From: Elusimicrobiota bacterium
GTDB taxonomy: Bacteria; Elusimicrobiota; Elusimicrobia; UBA1565; UBA9628
Direction: 5' to 3'
NCBI GenBank assembly: GCA_028868375.1
Contig: JAGWUP010000002.1
Span: 193,015-257,014 of the forward strand
Length of the DNA stretch: 64,000 bases
The notes under the pieces were generated by a model. It did not search any database, was not told the DNA's origin, and saw only the letters and a list, made by a program, of their open reading frames with translations. This document shows positions 34,995-44,680 of this stretch, in pieces (within the stretch, counting starts at the first letter, position 1; every line of letters starts with the position of its first letter). The position numbers were made by a program, and so were the translations under genes.

Positions 34995-35975
34995 TCAAGG
35001 CAGGCACTTAAGCCACAGCGAGGAGACCAGCCGCCGGCGCAGGCTGGAGCGCTTGGTCCAGCGCGCGCCGGGCGGCAGGGCTGGCGGCGCCTCGGCGCGG
35101 CAGACCCGCGCCAGGATGCGGTGGCGCGTGATCACGTGGCGGGCGCTCTTAAGCGGGCCGCCCGCGGCCAAGCCCAGGTGCCGGGGCTCCGGCAGCCCCC
35201 AGTGGCCGGGCAGGAAGCGTTCCGTGGGGGAGCGCCGCCACAGCAGGACCTCGTCGCCGCGCGTAATCCACAGGAAAGTCCAGCGCAGCTCGAGCGGCGC
35301 GCGGCGCGGGCGCACGACGGGCAGGGCGTTTTGCAGGCCCCGGATTTTCGCGGCGCAGAGCGCTTGAAGCGGACAGGCGGGGCAGCGCGGGGCCTGCGGC
35401 AGGCAGACGGTGGCGCCCAGCTCCATCAAGGCCTGGTTCCAGTCGCCCGGGCGCCGGCGCTCGAGCAGAGCCTCGGCGCGCGCCCAAAGCTCGCGGACCA
35501 GCGCCGGGCTTTTGACGTCGCCGTTTAGGGCGAAGAAGCGGGCCAGGACTCGCGCCACGTTGCCGTCCAGCACCGGCAGCGGCCGCCCGTAGGCGATGGA
35601 GAGGACGGCCCCGGCGGTGTAGCGCCCGACGCCGGCAAGGCGCAGGGCCGCCTTCGCATCGTCCGGAAAGCGGCCGCCGTGCTCGGAGACGATCTGGCGC
35701 GCGGCGCGATGGAGGTTCTTGGCGCGCGAATAGTAGCCCAGCCCGGCCCAGGCCGAGAGCACCTCCGGCTCTCTGGCGGCGGCCAGGCTGTCGACGTCGG
35801 GGAAGCGCTTAAGAAAGCTCGAGAAGCGCGGCGCGGCGGCGGCCACGGTCGTCTGCTGCAGCATGACCTCGGAGATCCAGGTCCTGTAGGGCGTGACGTT
35901 GTAACGCCAGGGCAGCGGGCGCCGGCTGCGCTCGTACCAGGCCAGCAGCTTTCGCTGAAATGTCCGGACGTTCAC
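34995..35975 (-). CDS. mutY: A/G-specific adenine DNA glycosylase
   Basis: HhH-GPD motifs (VMLQQTTV; LAGVGRYTAGAVLSIAYG), the [4Fe-4S] cluster loop C-x6-C-x2-C-x5-C (CLPQAPRCPACPLQALC) and a C-terminal NUDIX-like domain. Confidence 0.85.
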   Translation of the reverse strand: MNVRTFQRKLLAWYERSRRPLPWRYNVTPYRTWISEVMLQQTTVAAAAPRFSSFLKRFPDVDSLAAAREPEVLSAWAGLGYYSRAKNLHRAARQIVSEHGGRFPDDAKAALRLAGVGRYTAGAVLSIAYGRPLPVLDGNVARVLARFFALNGDVKSPALVRELWARAEALLERRRPGDWNQALMELGATVCLPQAPRCPACPLQALCAAKIRGLQNALPVVRPRRAPLELRWTFLWITRGDEVLLWRRSPTERFLPGHWGLPEPRHLGLAAGGPLKSARHVITRHRILARVCRAEAPPALPPGARWTKRSSLRRRLVSSLWLKCLP

Positions 35976-36274
35976 TGGGACACGACCAGGTCGCAGCGCA
36001 CCTCGCGCACGCCGCCCAAGCTCCGCGTCGTTCGCTCGATGGCGCGGCGCTGTTTCCAGGAGGGCACGATTCCCGAGAGCGTCACGACGCCGTCCTGCAC
36101 GTCGATGGAGACGGTGCGAAGGTCCAGGCCGGGGTCGGCGGTCAGGCGCTGCTCCAAGCGGGTCCGGATGCCCGGATCGGAGCGGTCGGCTTCATCGATC
36201 GGGCGCGGAAAACAGGCTGCGGCGCCTGCGCCCAGCGCCAGCAGGAAGGCCAGCGCCTTGCGCCTGAGACTCAC
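35972..36274 (-). CDS. BON-domain lipoprotein (putative; start uncertain)
   Basis: C-terminal BON domain (RTVSIDVQDGVVTLSGIVPSWKQRRAIERTTRSLGGVREVRCDLVV) preceded by a lipoprotein-like signal (LRRKALAFLLALGAGAAAC). The ORF is open to 36514, but that would overlap rdgB. A GTG/TTG start near 36274 is assumed. Confidence 0.45.
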   Translation of the reverse strand: MSLRRKALAFLLALGAGAAACFPRPIDEADRSDPGIRTRLEQRLTADPGLDLRTVSIDVQDGVVTLSGIVPSWKQRRAIERTTRSLGGVREVRCDLVVSQ

Positions 36275-36308
36275 CGCGAAATGATACACTTTTGCCCGCC
36301 CACCGCCA

Positions 36309-38591
36309 ATGAACAGACTTCTCTTGGCCACGCGCAATCCCCACAAGGTCCGCGAAATCTCCCAGCTTTTGGCGTCGGCGCCCATCCTCGTCCTGCCCAA
36401 GCCGGACTCCCTGCCGGACACCGTCGAGGACGAGCCGACTCTGGAGGGCAACGCCGCCAAGAAGGCCCGCGAATGCGCCCGCGCCTGCGGGCTGTGGTCC
36501 TTGGCCGACGACACCGGGCTGGAGGTGGCGGCCCTGGGCGGCGCTCCGGGCGTGCGCTCGGCGCGCTACGCCGGGGAGGATTGCGATTTTTCCGCCAATA
36601 ACGCCAAGCTCCTGGAGGCCCTGCGCTCCAAACCCAGCCGCGCGGCGCGCTTCAGGACCGTGATGGCGCTCTGCGGCCCTTCGGGAGAGCCGGCGCTGGA
36701 AGAGGGCGTGCTGGAGGGCGAGATCGCGGAGGCTTGCCGCGGCGCCAACGGCTTCGGCTACGATCCGCTCTTCCTGATCCCGGAGCTGGGCCTGACCCTG
36801 GCCCAATTGGAGCCGGAGCGCAAGAACGCCCTAAGCCACCGCGGCAAGGCCCTGCGCGCCATCGTCCCCCGCATCCTGCGCGCCTTCGCCCTCTGCGCCT
36901 TGCTGCTGCTGGCCGTCCGTCCGGCCGGAGCCACGCGCACCGAGCCCGGGGAGCGGACGATCTGGGATGAGATCATGGCCTCCCAGGCGCAGCGGGAGCT
37001 GAGGCTGGGGGCCCAGTATCTCGACGAGAAGCAGTACGAGGCGGCCCTCGACGAGTTGCGGCGGGCCGTGGCGGCCAATCCGCAGGACCCGCAGGCCCAG
37101 ATGATGCTCGGCGTGGCTTATTACTGGACCGGCGACGTCGACCGCTCCATCGAGAGCTACCGCAAGAGCGTGGAGCTGGCGCCGCAGGACGCCCAGCCCT
37201 ACATGCTGCTCGGCATCTCCCTGGCCTACAAGGAGCGGATTGCGCAGGCTTACGCCGCCTTCAAGAAGGCGGCCGAGCTGGACTCCTCCCGCGCCGACAT
37301 CCAGATGAACCTGGGCTCCATCGAGGAGAGCATGAACCGCGCCCTCGACGCCCTCGAGCATTTCCGGCGCGCCGTGGAGCTCGCGCCCCACGAGGCCCTG
37401 TATCACTACCAGCTTGGGATGCTCTACCGCAGGCTGGGCCGCGACGCCGACGCCGCCGACTCGCTGCGCCGGGCCATCAAGGATTTCCCGGAGTTCGAGG
37501 ACGCCCTGCTGGCCTTGGGCTCCGTGGAGGAGCGCTCCGGCGAGCGCGCGGCCGCCATCCGGGATTTCGGCAAGGCCGTGGCGCTCAAGTCCAGGGATTC
37601 GGTGGCGCGCTTTAGGCTGGCGCGCCTGCTTCTGGAGGATGGGCGCTTGCGGCAGGCCCGCGCGGTGCTGGCCGACGCCTTCCACCTGACTCCTGAGGAG
37701 GGGGGAGCCGGGCTGCAGTTGTCGATCTCCTACGCCGGCGGCAGGAGCGCGGCCAAGGCGCCGGCCAAGAGCGCTCCGCCGCAGGAGGAGCGGGAGGCTC
37801 CCGCCGACGGGCCCTTGTCGGTGTTCCGGCGCAATCTCGAGCGCGTCCCGCTCGACCAGGGCGCGCTGATGCAAGTCGACGTCCTCTTCGTTCCCAAGGC
37901 GGAGCTGGTCCGCGGCGGCCCCGGCGAGTCGTCCTTAAGCCGCGCTCTCAAGCGCCAGTTGGGCCAGGATCTGCAGGTCCGGGCCGTGCGCCGCCAGTTC
38001 CATATCAATCCCGGCTCCTCGCTCGAGCGCCAGCGCCAGATCGACCGGGTGCTCAAGGAGCTGAAGGCCGTGATGGCGCAGGCCCCGGCGGGGGCCGACG
38101 TGCGGCTCGGCCTCAACCTCACGTTGACCCGCTCGGCGCAGACGGCGGCGGAAAGCGGCGGCGGGCCCGGCGGCCGGCCGCGCACGCCCCCCAAGGTCAG
38201 CTTCCAGCCGCGGCAGGTCGGCAACGATCTGGGCTTGTGGATCATCGGGACGGGCTGGATGCCCCTGGTCTCCGAGGTCCTGCCCGATATCGACGAGGAG
38301 TCCAGCCCGTCCGGCGGCAGCGACTGGTGGGTCGACACCGGCTTGGGCTACGCCGCCTTGGGAGACGGCCAGCGCGCCCTCGTCTCCTTCGAGCGGGCCA
38401 GCAAGCTGGATGAGCGCAACGAGGCGGCGTGGCTGGGGCTGGGAGTGGCCCACGTGATGCTGGGAGACGAGGCCTCCGCCGAGGCCGCCCTGGAGCGGGC
38501 GCTGCGCATCGATCCCAAGGCGCGAGCGGCTCGCGACGGCTTGAAGTGGCTGCGCCGGCCCTCGACCCGGCCCGCGGGAGCGGGGCGATGA
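36309..38591 (+). CDS. rdgB: dITP/XTP pyrophosphatase (RdgB/Ham1) domain fused in-frame to a TPR-repeat protein (760 aa)
   Basis: The N-terminal ~195 aa is a full RdgB (LLLATRNPHKVREI...FGYDPLF...SHRGKAL). A signal-peptide-like hydrophobic stretch follows (ILRAFALCALLLLAVRPAGA). Then ~8 TPR units follow (AQYLDEKQYEAALDELRRAVAANPQDPQAQMMLGVAYYWTGD...). There is no stop between the two parts. Confidence 0.6.
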   Translation: MNRLLLATRNPHKVREISQLLASAPILVLPKPDSLPDTVEDEPTLEGNAAKKARECARACGLWSLADDTGLEVAALGGAPGVRSARYAGEDCDFSANNAKLLEALRSKPSRAARFRTVMALCGPSGEPALEEGVLEGEIAEACRGANGFGYDPLFLIPELGLTLAQLEPERKNALSHRGKALRAIVPRILRAFALCALLLLAVRPAGATRTEPGERTIWDEIMASQAQRELRLGAQYLDEKQYEAALDELRRAVAANPQDPQAQMMLGVAYYWTGDVDRSIESYRKSVELAPQDAQPYMLLGISLAYKERIAQAYAAFKKAAELDSSRADIQMNLGSIEESMNRALDALEHFRRAVELAPHEALYHYQLGMLYRRLGRDADAADSLRRAIKDFPEFEDALLALGSVEERSGERAAAIRDFGKAVALKSRDSVARFRLARLLLEDGRLRQARAVLADAFHLTPEEGGAGLQLSISYAGGRSAAKAPAKSAPPQEEREAPADGPLSVFRRNLERVPLDQGALMQVDVLFVPKAELVRGGPGESSLSRALKRQLGQDLQVRAVRRQFHINPGSSLERQRQIDRVLKELKAVMAQAPAGADVRLGLNLTLTRSAQTAAESGGGPGGRPRTPPKVSFQPRQVGNDLGLWIIGTGWMPLVSEVLPDIDEESSPSGGSDWWVDTGLGYAALGDGQRALVSFERASKLDERNEAAWLGLGVAHVMLGDEASAEAALERALRIDPKARAARDGLKWLRRPSTRPAGAGR

Positions 38592-39961
38592 GCGATTCGG
38601 GACACATGGGCCAGTTCGTCCGGCGCGTCCATTTCGTCGGCATCGGCGGCGTCGGGATGAGCGGGATCGCAGAGGTGCTGCGCAACCTCGGCTACGAGGT
38701 GTCCGGCTCCGATCTTAAGGCCAGCGAGATCACCCGGCGCCTGGAGCGCTCCGGGGTGCGCGTGCATGTCGGCCACGCGGCCTCCCATGCCCGCTCGGCC
38801 CAGGTCCTCGTCGTCAGCTCGGCGGTCGCAGCCGGAAACCCGGAGGTCCTGTGGGCGCGCCGGCGCAACATCCCGGTGATCCTGCGCGCGCAGATGCTGG
38901 CGGAGCTGGGGCGCATGAAGAAGACGGTGACGGTGGCCGGCAGCCACGGCAAGACGACGACGACGGCCATGGCCGCCCTGGCCTTCCAGGCGGCGGGGGC
39001 GCGCCCGACCATGATCGTCGGCGGCAGGCTCAAGGACAGCGGCTCCGGAGCCCGCCTGGGTCTGGGCGATTTCCTCGTCGCCGAGGCGGACGAGTCGGAC
39101 GGCTCGTTTTTGTATTTGTCGCCGTTGGCGGCCGTCGTCACCAACGTCGACGACGACCATCTGGACTACCACGGCTCGCTGGCCAACCTCAAGCGCGCTT
39201 TCCTCCAGCACTTGGAGCGATTGCCGTTCTACGGCGCGGCGATCCTCTGCGCGGAGGATCCGGTCCTGGCCGCCTTGGCCGGCCGGGTCGGGCGGCCGGT
39301 CCTGACCTACGGCTTCGGCCCCCGCGCGGATTGGCGCGCCGCCGAGCTCGAGCTGTCCCGGGAGGGCTCGCGCTTTCTCGTCTTGCGGCAGGGCCGGCGC
39401 GACGCGCGCCTGCGCCTGCGGGTGCCGGGGCGCCACAACGTGCTCAACGCCCTGGGGGCCTTCGCGGCGGGGCGCTTCCTCGGCCTGGACGCGGCGGGCT
39501 TGGCCCGCGGCTTGTCGGAGTTTCGCGGCGTGGGGCGGCGGCTAGACCGCCTGGGCGTCGCCGGCGGAGTCGAGTTCATCGACGATTACGGCCATCATCC
39601 CACCGAGATCGCGGCGACCCTGGAGGCGATCTCTCGCCTCTGGAAGCCCCGGCGGCTGGTGGCCTTCTTCCAGCCGCACCGCTACACGCGCACCCGGCTT
39701 CTGGCCCGCAAGTTCGGGCCGGCCTTCCGCGCGGCGGACCTGGTGCTGGTGACCGATATCTATCCGGCCGGGGAGCGGCCGATCCCCGGGGTTTCCTCTC
39801 GGCTGATCCTGGACTCCTTGCGCCGCGCCGGCGTGCCCTGCGCTTCTCTGTCCGGGGCCGGGCAGGCGGAGGGTCTGCTGCGAGAAGGCGACGTGGCGCT
39901 CACCCTGGGGGCGGGAGATATCCGCGCCCTGGGCGAGGAATTGCTGCGCCGCCGCCGCTGA
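38588..39961 (+). CDS. murC: UDP-N-acetylmuramate--L-alanine ligase
   Basis: HFVGIGGVGMSGIA (nucleotide-binding), GSHGKTTTT (Mur ligase P-loop) and the DDYGHHPTEI C-terminal domain. The ATG overlaps the upstream stop (ATGA). The upstream ORF start at 38429 is out-of-context extension. Confidence 0.85.
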   Translation: MSDSGHMGQFVRRVHFVGIGGVGMSGIAEVLRNLGYEVSGSDLKASEITRRLERSGVRVHVGHAASHARSAQVLVVSSAVAAGNPEVLWARRRNIPVILRAQMLAELGRMKKTVTVAGSHGKTTTTAMAALAFQAAGARPTMIVGGRLKDSGSGARLGLGDFLVAEADESDGSFLYLSPLAAVVTNVDDDHLDYHGSLANLKRAFLQHLERLPFYGAAILCAEDPVLAALAGRVGRPVLTYGFGPRADWRAAELELSREGSRFLVLRQGRRDARLRLRVPGRHNVLNALGAFAAGRFLGLDAAGLARGLSEFRGVGRRLDRLGVAGGVEFIDDYGHHPTEIAATLEAISRLWKPRRLVAFFQPHRYTRTRLLARKFGPAFRAADLVLVTDIYPAGERPIPGVSSRLILDSLRRAGVPCASLSGAGQAEGLLREGDVALTLGAGDIRALGEELLRRRR

Positions 39962-40731
39962 TGGGCAACTCTGCCAGGCTCTCCCAGCATTTCCTGGAGG
40001 ACGAGGCCGCGCGGCAGGCCATCGTCGCCGCCGTCCGCCCGGCGGGGCGGCGGGTGCTCGAGATCGGCCCCGGCCGCGGAGCCTTGAGCGAGCCGCTGTT
40101 GGAGGGCGGCGCCGCGCTGACCGCCGTGGAGCTGGACGACAGGCTCTGCGAGGGATTGCGCCCGCTGCTGGGCCGGGGGCTGCGGCTGATCCACGCCGAT
40201 TTTTTGACGCTCGATTTGGGCCGCCTGGGCCAGGGCCCCTACGCCGTCGTCTCCAACCTGCCTTACGCGGTCGCCAGCCCCATCCTGCGCCGGCTCTTGG
40301 ATTGGAGCGGCTGGAGCGAGGCGGTGCTGATGTTCCAGAAGGAAGTGGCGCTTCGGGTGTGCGCCGCGCCCGGCGGGGCGGACTACGGCCTGCTGAGCCT
40401 GGCCGCGCAGATCAAGGCCGAGCCGGAATGGCTCTTCGAGCTGCCGCCCTCGGCGTTTCGCCCGCCGCCGCGCGTGACCTCCGGCGTGATCCGGCTGCGC
40501 CGCCGCGCCGAGCCGCTGGTTTCTTCCGAGGAAGAGCCGGGCTTCTTCCGGCTCGCCAGGGAGGCCTTCGCCCAGCGCCGCAAGATGGCGGCCTCCTCCT
40601 TGTCGCGGGCCTTGTCGCGGCCGCGCTCAGAGGTGGAACGCTTGCTGGAGGGCCGCGGCGTTTCCGCCCGCGCCAGGCCGCAGGACATCCCGCTGGCGGT
40701 TTGGATCGCGCTCTCGCGGGAGCGGCGGTGA
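39961..40731 (+). CDS. rsmA: 16S rRNA (adenine1518/1519-N6)-dimethyltransferase
   Basis: LSQHFLEDE, VLEIGPGRGALS (SAM-binding) and VVSNLPYAVASPIL motifs. The ATG overlaps the murC stop (TGATGG). Confidence 0.85.
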   Translation: MGNSARLSQHFLEDEAARQAIVAAVRPAGRRVLEIGPGRGALSEPLLEGGAALTAVELDDRLCEGLRPLLGRGLRLIHADFLTLDLGRLGQGPYAVVSNLPYAVASPILRRLLDWSGWSEAVLMFQKEVALRVCAAPGGADYGLLSLAAQIKAEPEWLFELPPSAFRPPPRVTSGVIRLRRRAEPLVSSEEEPGFFRLAREAFAQRRKMAASSLSRALSRPRSEVERLLEGRGVSARARPQDIPLAVWIALSRERR

Positions 40732-40738
40732 GGCGGCG

Positions 40739-42235
40739 GTGAGCGCGCGCCGCCGCCTGGCATTGCTCTGCGGCGCGGCCTTCCTCTATCTGCTTTGCCG
40801 GCACGCCTACTACGTCGGCTTCTTCAACGACGACGCCTTCTACATCATCGGGGCTCGCTCCCTGTTGAGCGGCCGCTACGCCGAGCTCAACGCCCCGCTG
40901 GCGCCTCCGCTGGTCAACTACCTGCCCGGCTTCTCGTTGCTGCTCTCTCCCGTGGCGGCCCTGGCCGGACGCGCCTTGTGGCCCTATCAAGCGGCGAGCG
41001 CGGCGCTGCTCTTGGCGGGGCTATGGTGGTTTTCCTCGCTCGCCTCGGCGCTCTGCCCCGAGGACGCTTGGGCCGCCCTGGCGCTGGCCGCCTTCACCCC
41101 GCTGGCCGTCAGCATGTCCTGGACCGTCCTGTCGGACGTGCCGATGCTGGCGGCGGCGATGGCCGCCTTGGCCTGGGCGCGGCGCCTCTGGCCGGAGGAG
41201 CGTCCCTCGCGCTGGCTGGGCTTGGCGGCCTTGGTCGGCTTTGCGGCGCTGCTGCGTCCCACCGGGGCGGCGCTGGCCCTTGCCTTCGCCCTGGCGCTGG
41301 CTTGCGAGCGGCGCTGGGCCTTGTCCGCCTTGAGCGCCTCCTGCGCCGCGGCTTGGCTGCTGCCGTTTCTAGCGCGCAACTACGCGCTGACCGGACATGC
41401 CCTGCTGTACGTCTCGGAGCTGGCCGCGCCGTACGCGGGCCATGGGCGCTGGAGCATTCTCGCGGGGACCGTCTTATTGAACCTCGCCTATTATCTCAGG
41501 CTGGTCTTCGAGACGATGCTCTTTCGCTGGCCCGTCGCCGCGGCCGCGGGCTCCCCGTTGACGGCGGCCACGGTCGGGCTGGGCTCGGTCGCCGCCGCGA
41601 CGGGCCTGAGCGCCGCGGGCTGGAAGGGGTGGGCCAAACTGCCGGCCCTGTTCTTGGTCCTGTTTTTGGCCGCCCATCTGGCCTGGAGCAAGCAGGCCGC
41701 GCGCTACCTGCTGCCGGTCCTGCCGCTGGCCTTCGCGTATTTTTTGCGCGGCGTCCGGGTTCTCGGCGCGCGCGCGGGCGCTTCCCGCGCGGCCGCGCCG
41801 GCCGCCGCCATCCTCGCCCTGCTCCTGATGCTGCCCACGGACCTGCGCGTGGCCGAGGCCTCCTGGAGGCGCGATTCTTCGGTGACGCGGCCGCCCGAGA
41901 GGACCATGGCCTGGGTCCGCGGCCATACCGCGCCCTCCGACGTCTTCGCCGTCGAGCTGGACGGGCGCTTCTATCTGCTGACGGGGCGGCGCGCGCTGCA
42001 TCTGCGCCGTCTCTCCGGTCCGCGGGCCTTCGCGCGCTGGCTGGCGTCTTCCGGCGCGCGCTACGTGGCGGTCTTTCCCGACGACTACGCCCTGGCCACC
42101 AAACGCGGCGACGCTTTCGACGATCCGCTGCCGGCCGCCGTGCTGCTGTCCTGGCTTTCCGATCCCGCGCGCTATCGGCTGGACTTCTCCGATCCGGCTG
42201 AGCGCTCGGCGATCTACGAGCGCCTCGGACGCTAG
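40739..42235 (+). CDS. Integral-membrane GT-C type glycosyltransferase (ArnT/PMT/GT39-83-like), putative
   Basis: Roughly 10-12 predicted TM helices, a YYVGFFNDDAFYI N-terminal loop with DD (a GT-C DxD-like loop) and a C-terminal soluble domain. Confidence 0.5.
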   Translation: MSARRRLALLCGAAFLYLLCRHAYYVGFFNDDAFYIIGARSLLSGRYAELNAPLAPPLVNYLPGFSLLLSPVAALAGRALWPYQAASAALLLAGLWWFSSLASALCPEDAWAALALAAFTPLAVSMSWTVLSDVPMLAAAMAALAWARRLWPEERPSRWLGLAALVGFAALLRPTGAALALAFALALACERRWALSALSASCAAAWLLPFLARNYALTGHALLYVSELAAPYAGHGRWSILAGTVLLNLAYYLRLVFETMLFRWPVAAAAGSPLTAATVGLGSVAAATGLSAAGWKGWAKLPALFLVLFLAAHLAWSKQAARYLLPVLPLAFAYFLRGVRVLGARAGASRAAAPAAAILALLLMLPTDLRVAEASWRRDSSVTRPPERTMAWVRGHTAPSDVFAVELDGRFYLLTGRRALHLRRLSGPRAFARWLASSGARYVAVFPDDYALATKRGDAFDDPLPAAVLLSWLSDPARYRLDFSDPAERSAIYERLGR

Positions 42236-42265
42236 CTGACGGCGCCTAACATCCGTCCGGGACGG

Positions 42266-42322
42266 CTCGTCGTTTATCGTCCGCCGGGCCCTCAGACGCC
42301 CCGTCAGACGATAAACGACGCG
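42266..42322. terminator. Bidirectional hairpin between convergent genes
   Basis: cgtcgtttatcgtc (42268-81) ... gacgataaacgacg (42309-22) form a 14-bp perfect inverted repeat with a GC-rich loop. It lies between the GT-C gene stop and the hybrid kinase stop. Confidence 0.45.
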
Positions 42323-42405
42323 CCGGTCTGTCCCGGTTCTGCTGTCACGGGTTCACCCGCCAGCGAAAAGTCGACGCCTTCCATGCGGCCGAGGATCGGG
42401 GCAGG

Positions 42406-43533
42406 CTAGATTGCTTGCGCGGTGCTCAGCGGCAGCGTGAAGTGGAAGCGCGAGCCCAGGCCTTGCTGGCTTTCGGCCCAGATGCGGCCGCCGTGCAGCT
42501 CGATCAAGCCCCGGCAGATCTCCAGGCCCAGGCCCAGGCCCTGATGGTCCTTGCGCGTCTCCGAGACCTGGTAGAAGCGCTCGAAGAGGTGCGGAAGGTC
42601 CTTGGCCGGTATGCCGCAGCCGGTGTCGGAGACGGTGAAGCAGACCGAGCCGTCCTGCTCCAGATCGCGCGCGGACAGCGTTATCCGCCCGCCGGCCGGC
42701 GTGAACTTCAGCGCGTTGCTGAAAAGGTTGGAGAGGACCTGCTGCACGCGCTGGGAATCGGCCAGGACGAGGGCGTCGGTGTCGCAGTCGAGACCCAGCT
42801 CGATCTTGCGGCGTCCGATCTCCAGGCGCGCGTTCTCTACGGCGGCATGGCAGAGCTTGGCCGCCGCCACCGGCTCCAGGCTCAGCTCGATCTTGTGGCC
42901 TTGCAGGCGGGCGGACTCGGAGAGCTCGTCGAGCAGGGAGTCGAGGCGCTCGGCGTTGCTGTGGATCGACTGGACGCTGCGGCGCACGTCCTCCGGCTTG
43001 CAGCGGTGGCCCTGATCGAGCAGAAAGGCGGAGTAGCCGTAGACCACGGCCAATGGGTTCTTGAGCTCGTGGGAAACGTTTTGAAGCATGCGGGAGCGGT
43101 GATGCAGCTGGTCTTGAAGCCGCTCCAGCTGGGAGGTCTTCTCGGCCAGCATCCGCGAGAGGCGGTAATGCTCCAGCGCGCGACGCGCCGCCGCCACCAG
43201 GGCCAGGCCCCGGCAGGGCTTGATCAAGTAGTCGTAGGCCCCGCCCTCGCGCACCGCCGCCAGCGCCGCCGCCTCGCAGCTCTGCCCGGCCAGCAGGATG
43301 CCGAGCGACCAGCGATCGAGGGAGCGCGCTTTTTCTAGGACGTCCAGCCCGGAGGCGGCCGGCAGGCGCAGGTCCGCCAGAACCACGGGAAAGCGCCCGG
43401 TGACCAGCTCGCGCGCCGCTTGCTCGGCGCTGCCGGCCGCGGAAGCCTCCAAGCCCGCTCCGCGCAGCGCGGCCGCGGCGGTCTTAAGGAACCGCTCGTC
43501 GTCGTCCACGATCAGGATCGTTCCGGCTTCCAT
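42406..43533 (-). CDS. Hybrid response-regulator receiver / histidine kinase (REC-HisKA-HATPase_c)
   Basis: REC domain (ILIVDDDERFL...VVLADLRLP...DYLIKP), HisKA H-box (SHELKNPLAVV) and HATPase N/G boxes (LSNLFSNALKFTPAGGRI; DTGCGIPAKDL; GLGLGLEICRGLIELHGGRIW). Confidence 0.75.
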   Translation of the reverse strand: MEAGTILIVDDDERFLKTAAAALRGAGLEASAAGSAEQAARELVTGRFPVVLADLRLPAASGLDVLEKARSLDRWSLGILLAGQSCEAAALAAVREGGAYDYLIKPCRGLALVAAARRALEHYRLSRMLAEKTSQLERLQDQLHHRSRMLQNVSHELKNPLAVVYGYSAFLLDQGHRCKPEDVRRSVQSIHSNAERLDSLLDELSESARLQGHKIELSLEPVAAAKLCHAAVENARLEIGRRKIELGLDCDTDALVLADSQRVQQVLSNLFSNALKFTPAGGRITLSARDLEQDGSVCFTVSDTGCGIPAKDLPHLFERFYQVSETRKDHQGLGLGLEICRGLIELHGGRIWAESQQGLGSRFHFTLPLSTAQAI

Positions 43534-43597
43534 GTTCCTAGTATGACTGAGATGGCAGAAATTATACAGAAACTTAGGACCTAGTGATACCCAGGAC

Positions 43598-44632
43598 TTA
43601 AGACCCAGCGTTGCGATCTTTTGGGAAAGCCAGGACGGCGCTAATGCCCCGCTCCGCTTGCTCGACGCCGATGGAGCGGCAGGAGTTCCATTCCGACGAG
43701 ACGATCCCTCCGCAGCAGGGCTCGCCCTTGAGCCGCCAGACGGCGTCGGTGTAGCGCGAGTAGAGGCCGAAGGTTCGCGCGCCGACGGCGTGGGCCAGGT
43801 GGGTCGTGCCCGTGATGTTGCAGATAAAGAGCCGCGCGCGGCGCAGCAGCGCGCCGGTCTGCTGGAGGGTGGCCGCCGGCAACAGCGGCGCCGGCGTCCG
43901 GCAGGCGCGCGCGATGGCCTCGACCTTGCCGCGCTCTCCGGGGCCGGCCAGCCAGCAGAGCCGCAGGTCCGCTCGCGCCGAAAGGCGATCGGCCAGGGCG
44001 ACGAATTTCTCCTCGGGCCAGCGGTTGTCGAACTTCTTGAAATTGCCGGGATGGATGATGATGAAAGCCCGGCCGGGCGGGGCTCCCAGCTCGCCCAGGG
44101 CCCGGTCGGCCCAGGCGGCGGCGGCGGCGCCGATTAAGACCCGCGGGCCGCGCACGCCGGCGGGGGAAGCGCCGAGAAACGCCGCCAGGCGCCGGTAGCG
44201 CTCGAGCATCGGCTCGTCCTCGCGCGGCGGGGCGATGGTCCTGGTGTAGGCTTGGCCCAACAGCCCGCCCTTGCGAAAGCCGACCTTGGCGTCGGCGCGC
44301 GAGAGGGCCATGAGGGCGGCCGCCGATTTGGAGGGGGCGGGGTTTAAGTCGACGACGGCCTGGGAGCGCCGGCGCAGAGCCAGCAGGGCTTGGAGGTTTC
44401 CGCGGGGATGGTGCCAGCGCTTAAGGTGGCGCGATGCGCCGGGTGTTACCATCCCCTGGAGCATCTCGTCGTCCAAGCCGGCGCAGGCCGCGCTGGCCAC
44501 CAGCCTGAAGCGGGCGAGCGGATAGCGCCGGGCCAGGGCGTCCATCAGGGCGGTCGCCATGAGGGCGTCGCCGATTCGCCCAAGCAGCAGGTAGGTCACC
44601 CAGGGGCTGCCCGGCCCCTGCTCGATCTCCAT
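43598..44632 (-). CDS. Glycosyltransferase family 9 (ADP-heptose:LPS heptosyltransferase-like)
   Basis: GT9 pattern: a YLLLGRIGD-type N-terminus and a C-terminal CNITGTTHLAHAVG (C-N-D-T/S-G-x-x-H-L-A-A-A-type motif). The start is assumed at the internal ATG (MEIEQ); the ORF is open to 44764. Confidence 0.65.
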   Translation of the reverse strand: MEIEQGPGSPWVTYLLLGRIGDALMATALMDALARRYPLARFRLVASAACAGLDDEMLQGMVTPGASRHLKRWHHPRGNLQALLALRRRSQAVVDLNPAPSKSAAALMALSRADAKVGFRKGGLLGQAYTRTIAPPREDEPMLERYRRLAAFLGASPAGVRGPRVLIGAAAAAWADRALGELGAPPGRAFIIIHPGNFKKFDNRWPEEKFVALADRLSARADLRLCWLAGPGERGKVEAIARACRTPAPLLPAATLQQTGALLRRARLFICNITGTTHLAHAVGARTFGLYSRYTDAVWRLKGEPCCGGIVSSEWNSCRSIGVEQAERGISAVLAFPKDRNAGS

Positions 44633-44680
44633 CGGCAAATGGTATAACATTGGCCAAGCAACCCCGGCTGGAGGAGCGAC

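Noticed and set aside
38851-40731. 626-aa plus-strand ORF spanning murC and rsmA
   Set aside because: Only its last 257 codons (from the ATG at 39961) are the genuine rsmA frame. The upstream part is an out-of-frame read through murC.
40795-42201. 468-aa alternative-frame ORF within the GT-C membrane protein gene
   Set aside because: Arg/Gly-rich, with no TM pattern. The overlapping frame 40739..42235 has a coherent polytopic membrane-protein profile.
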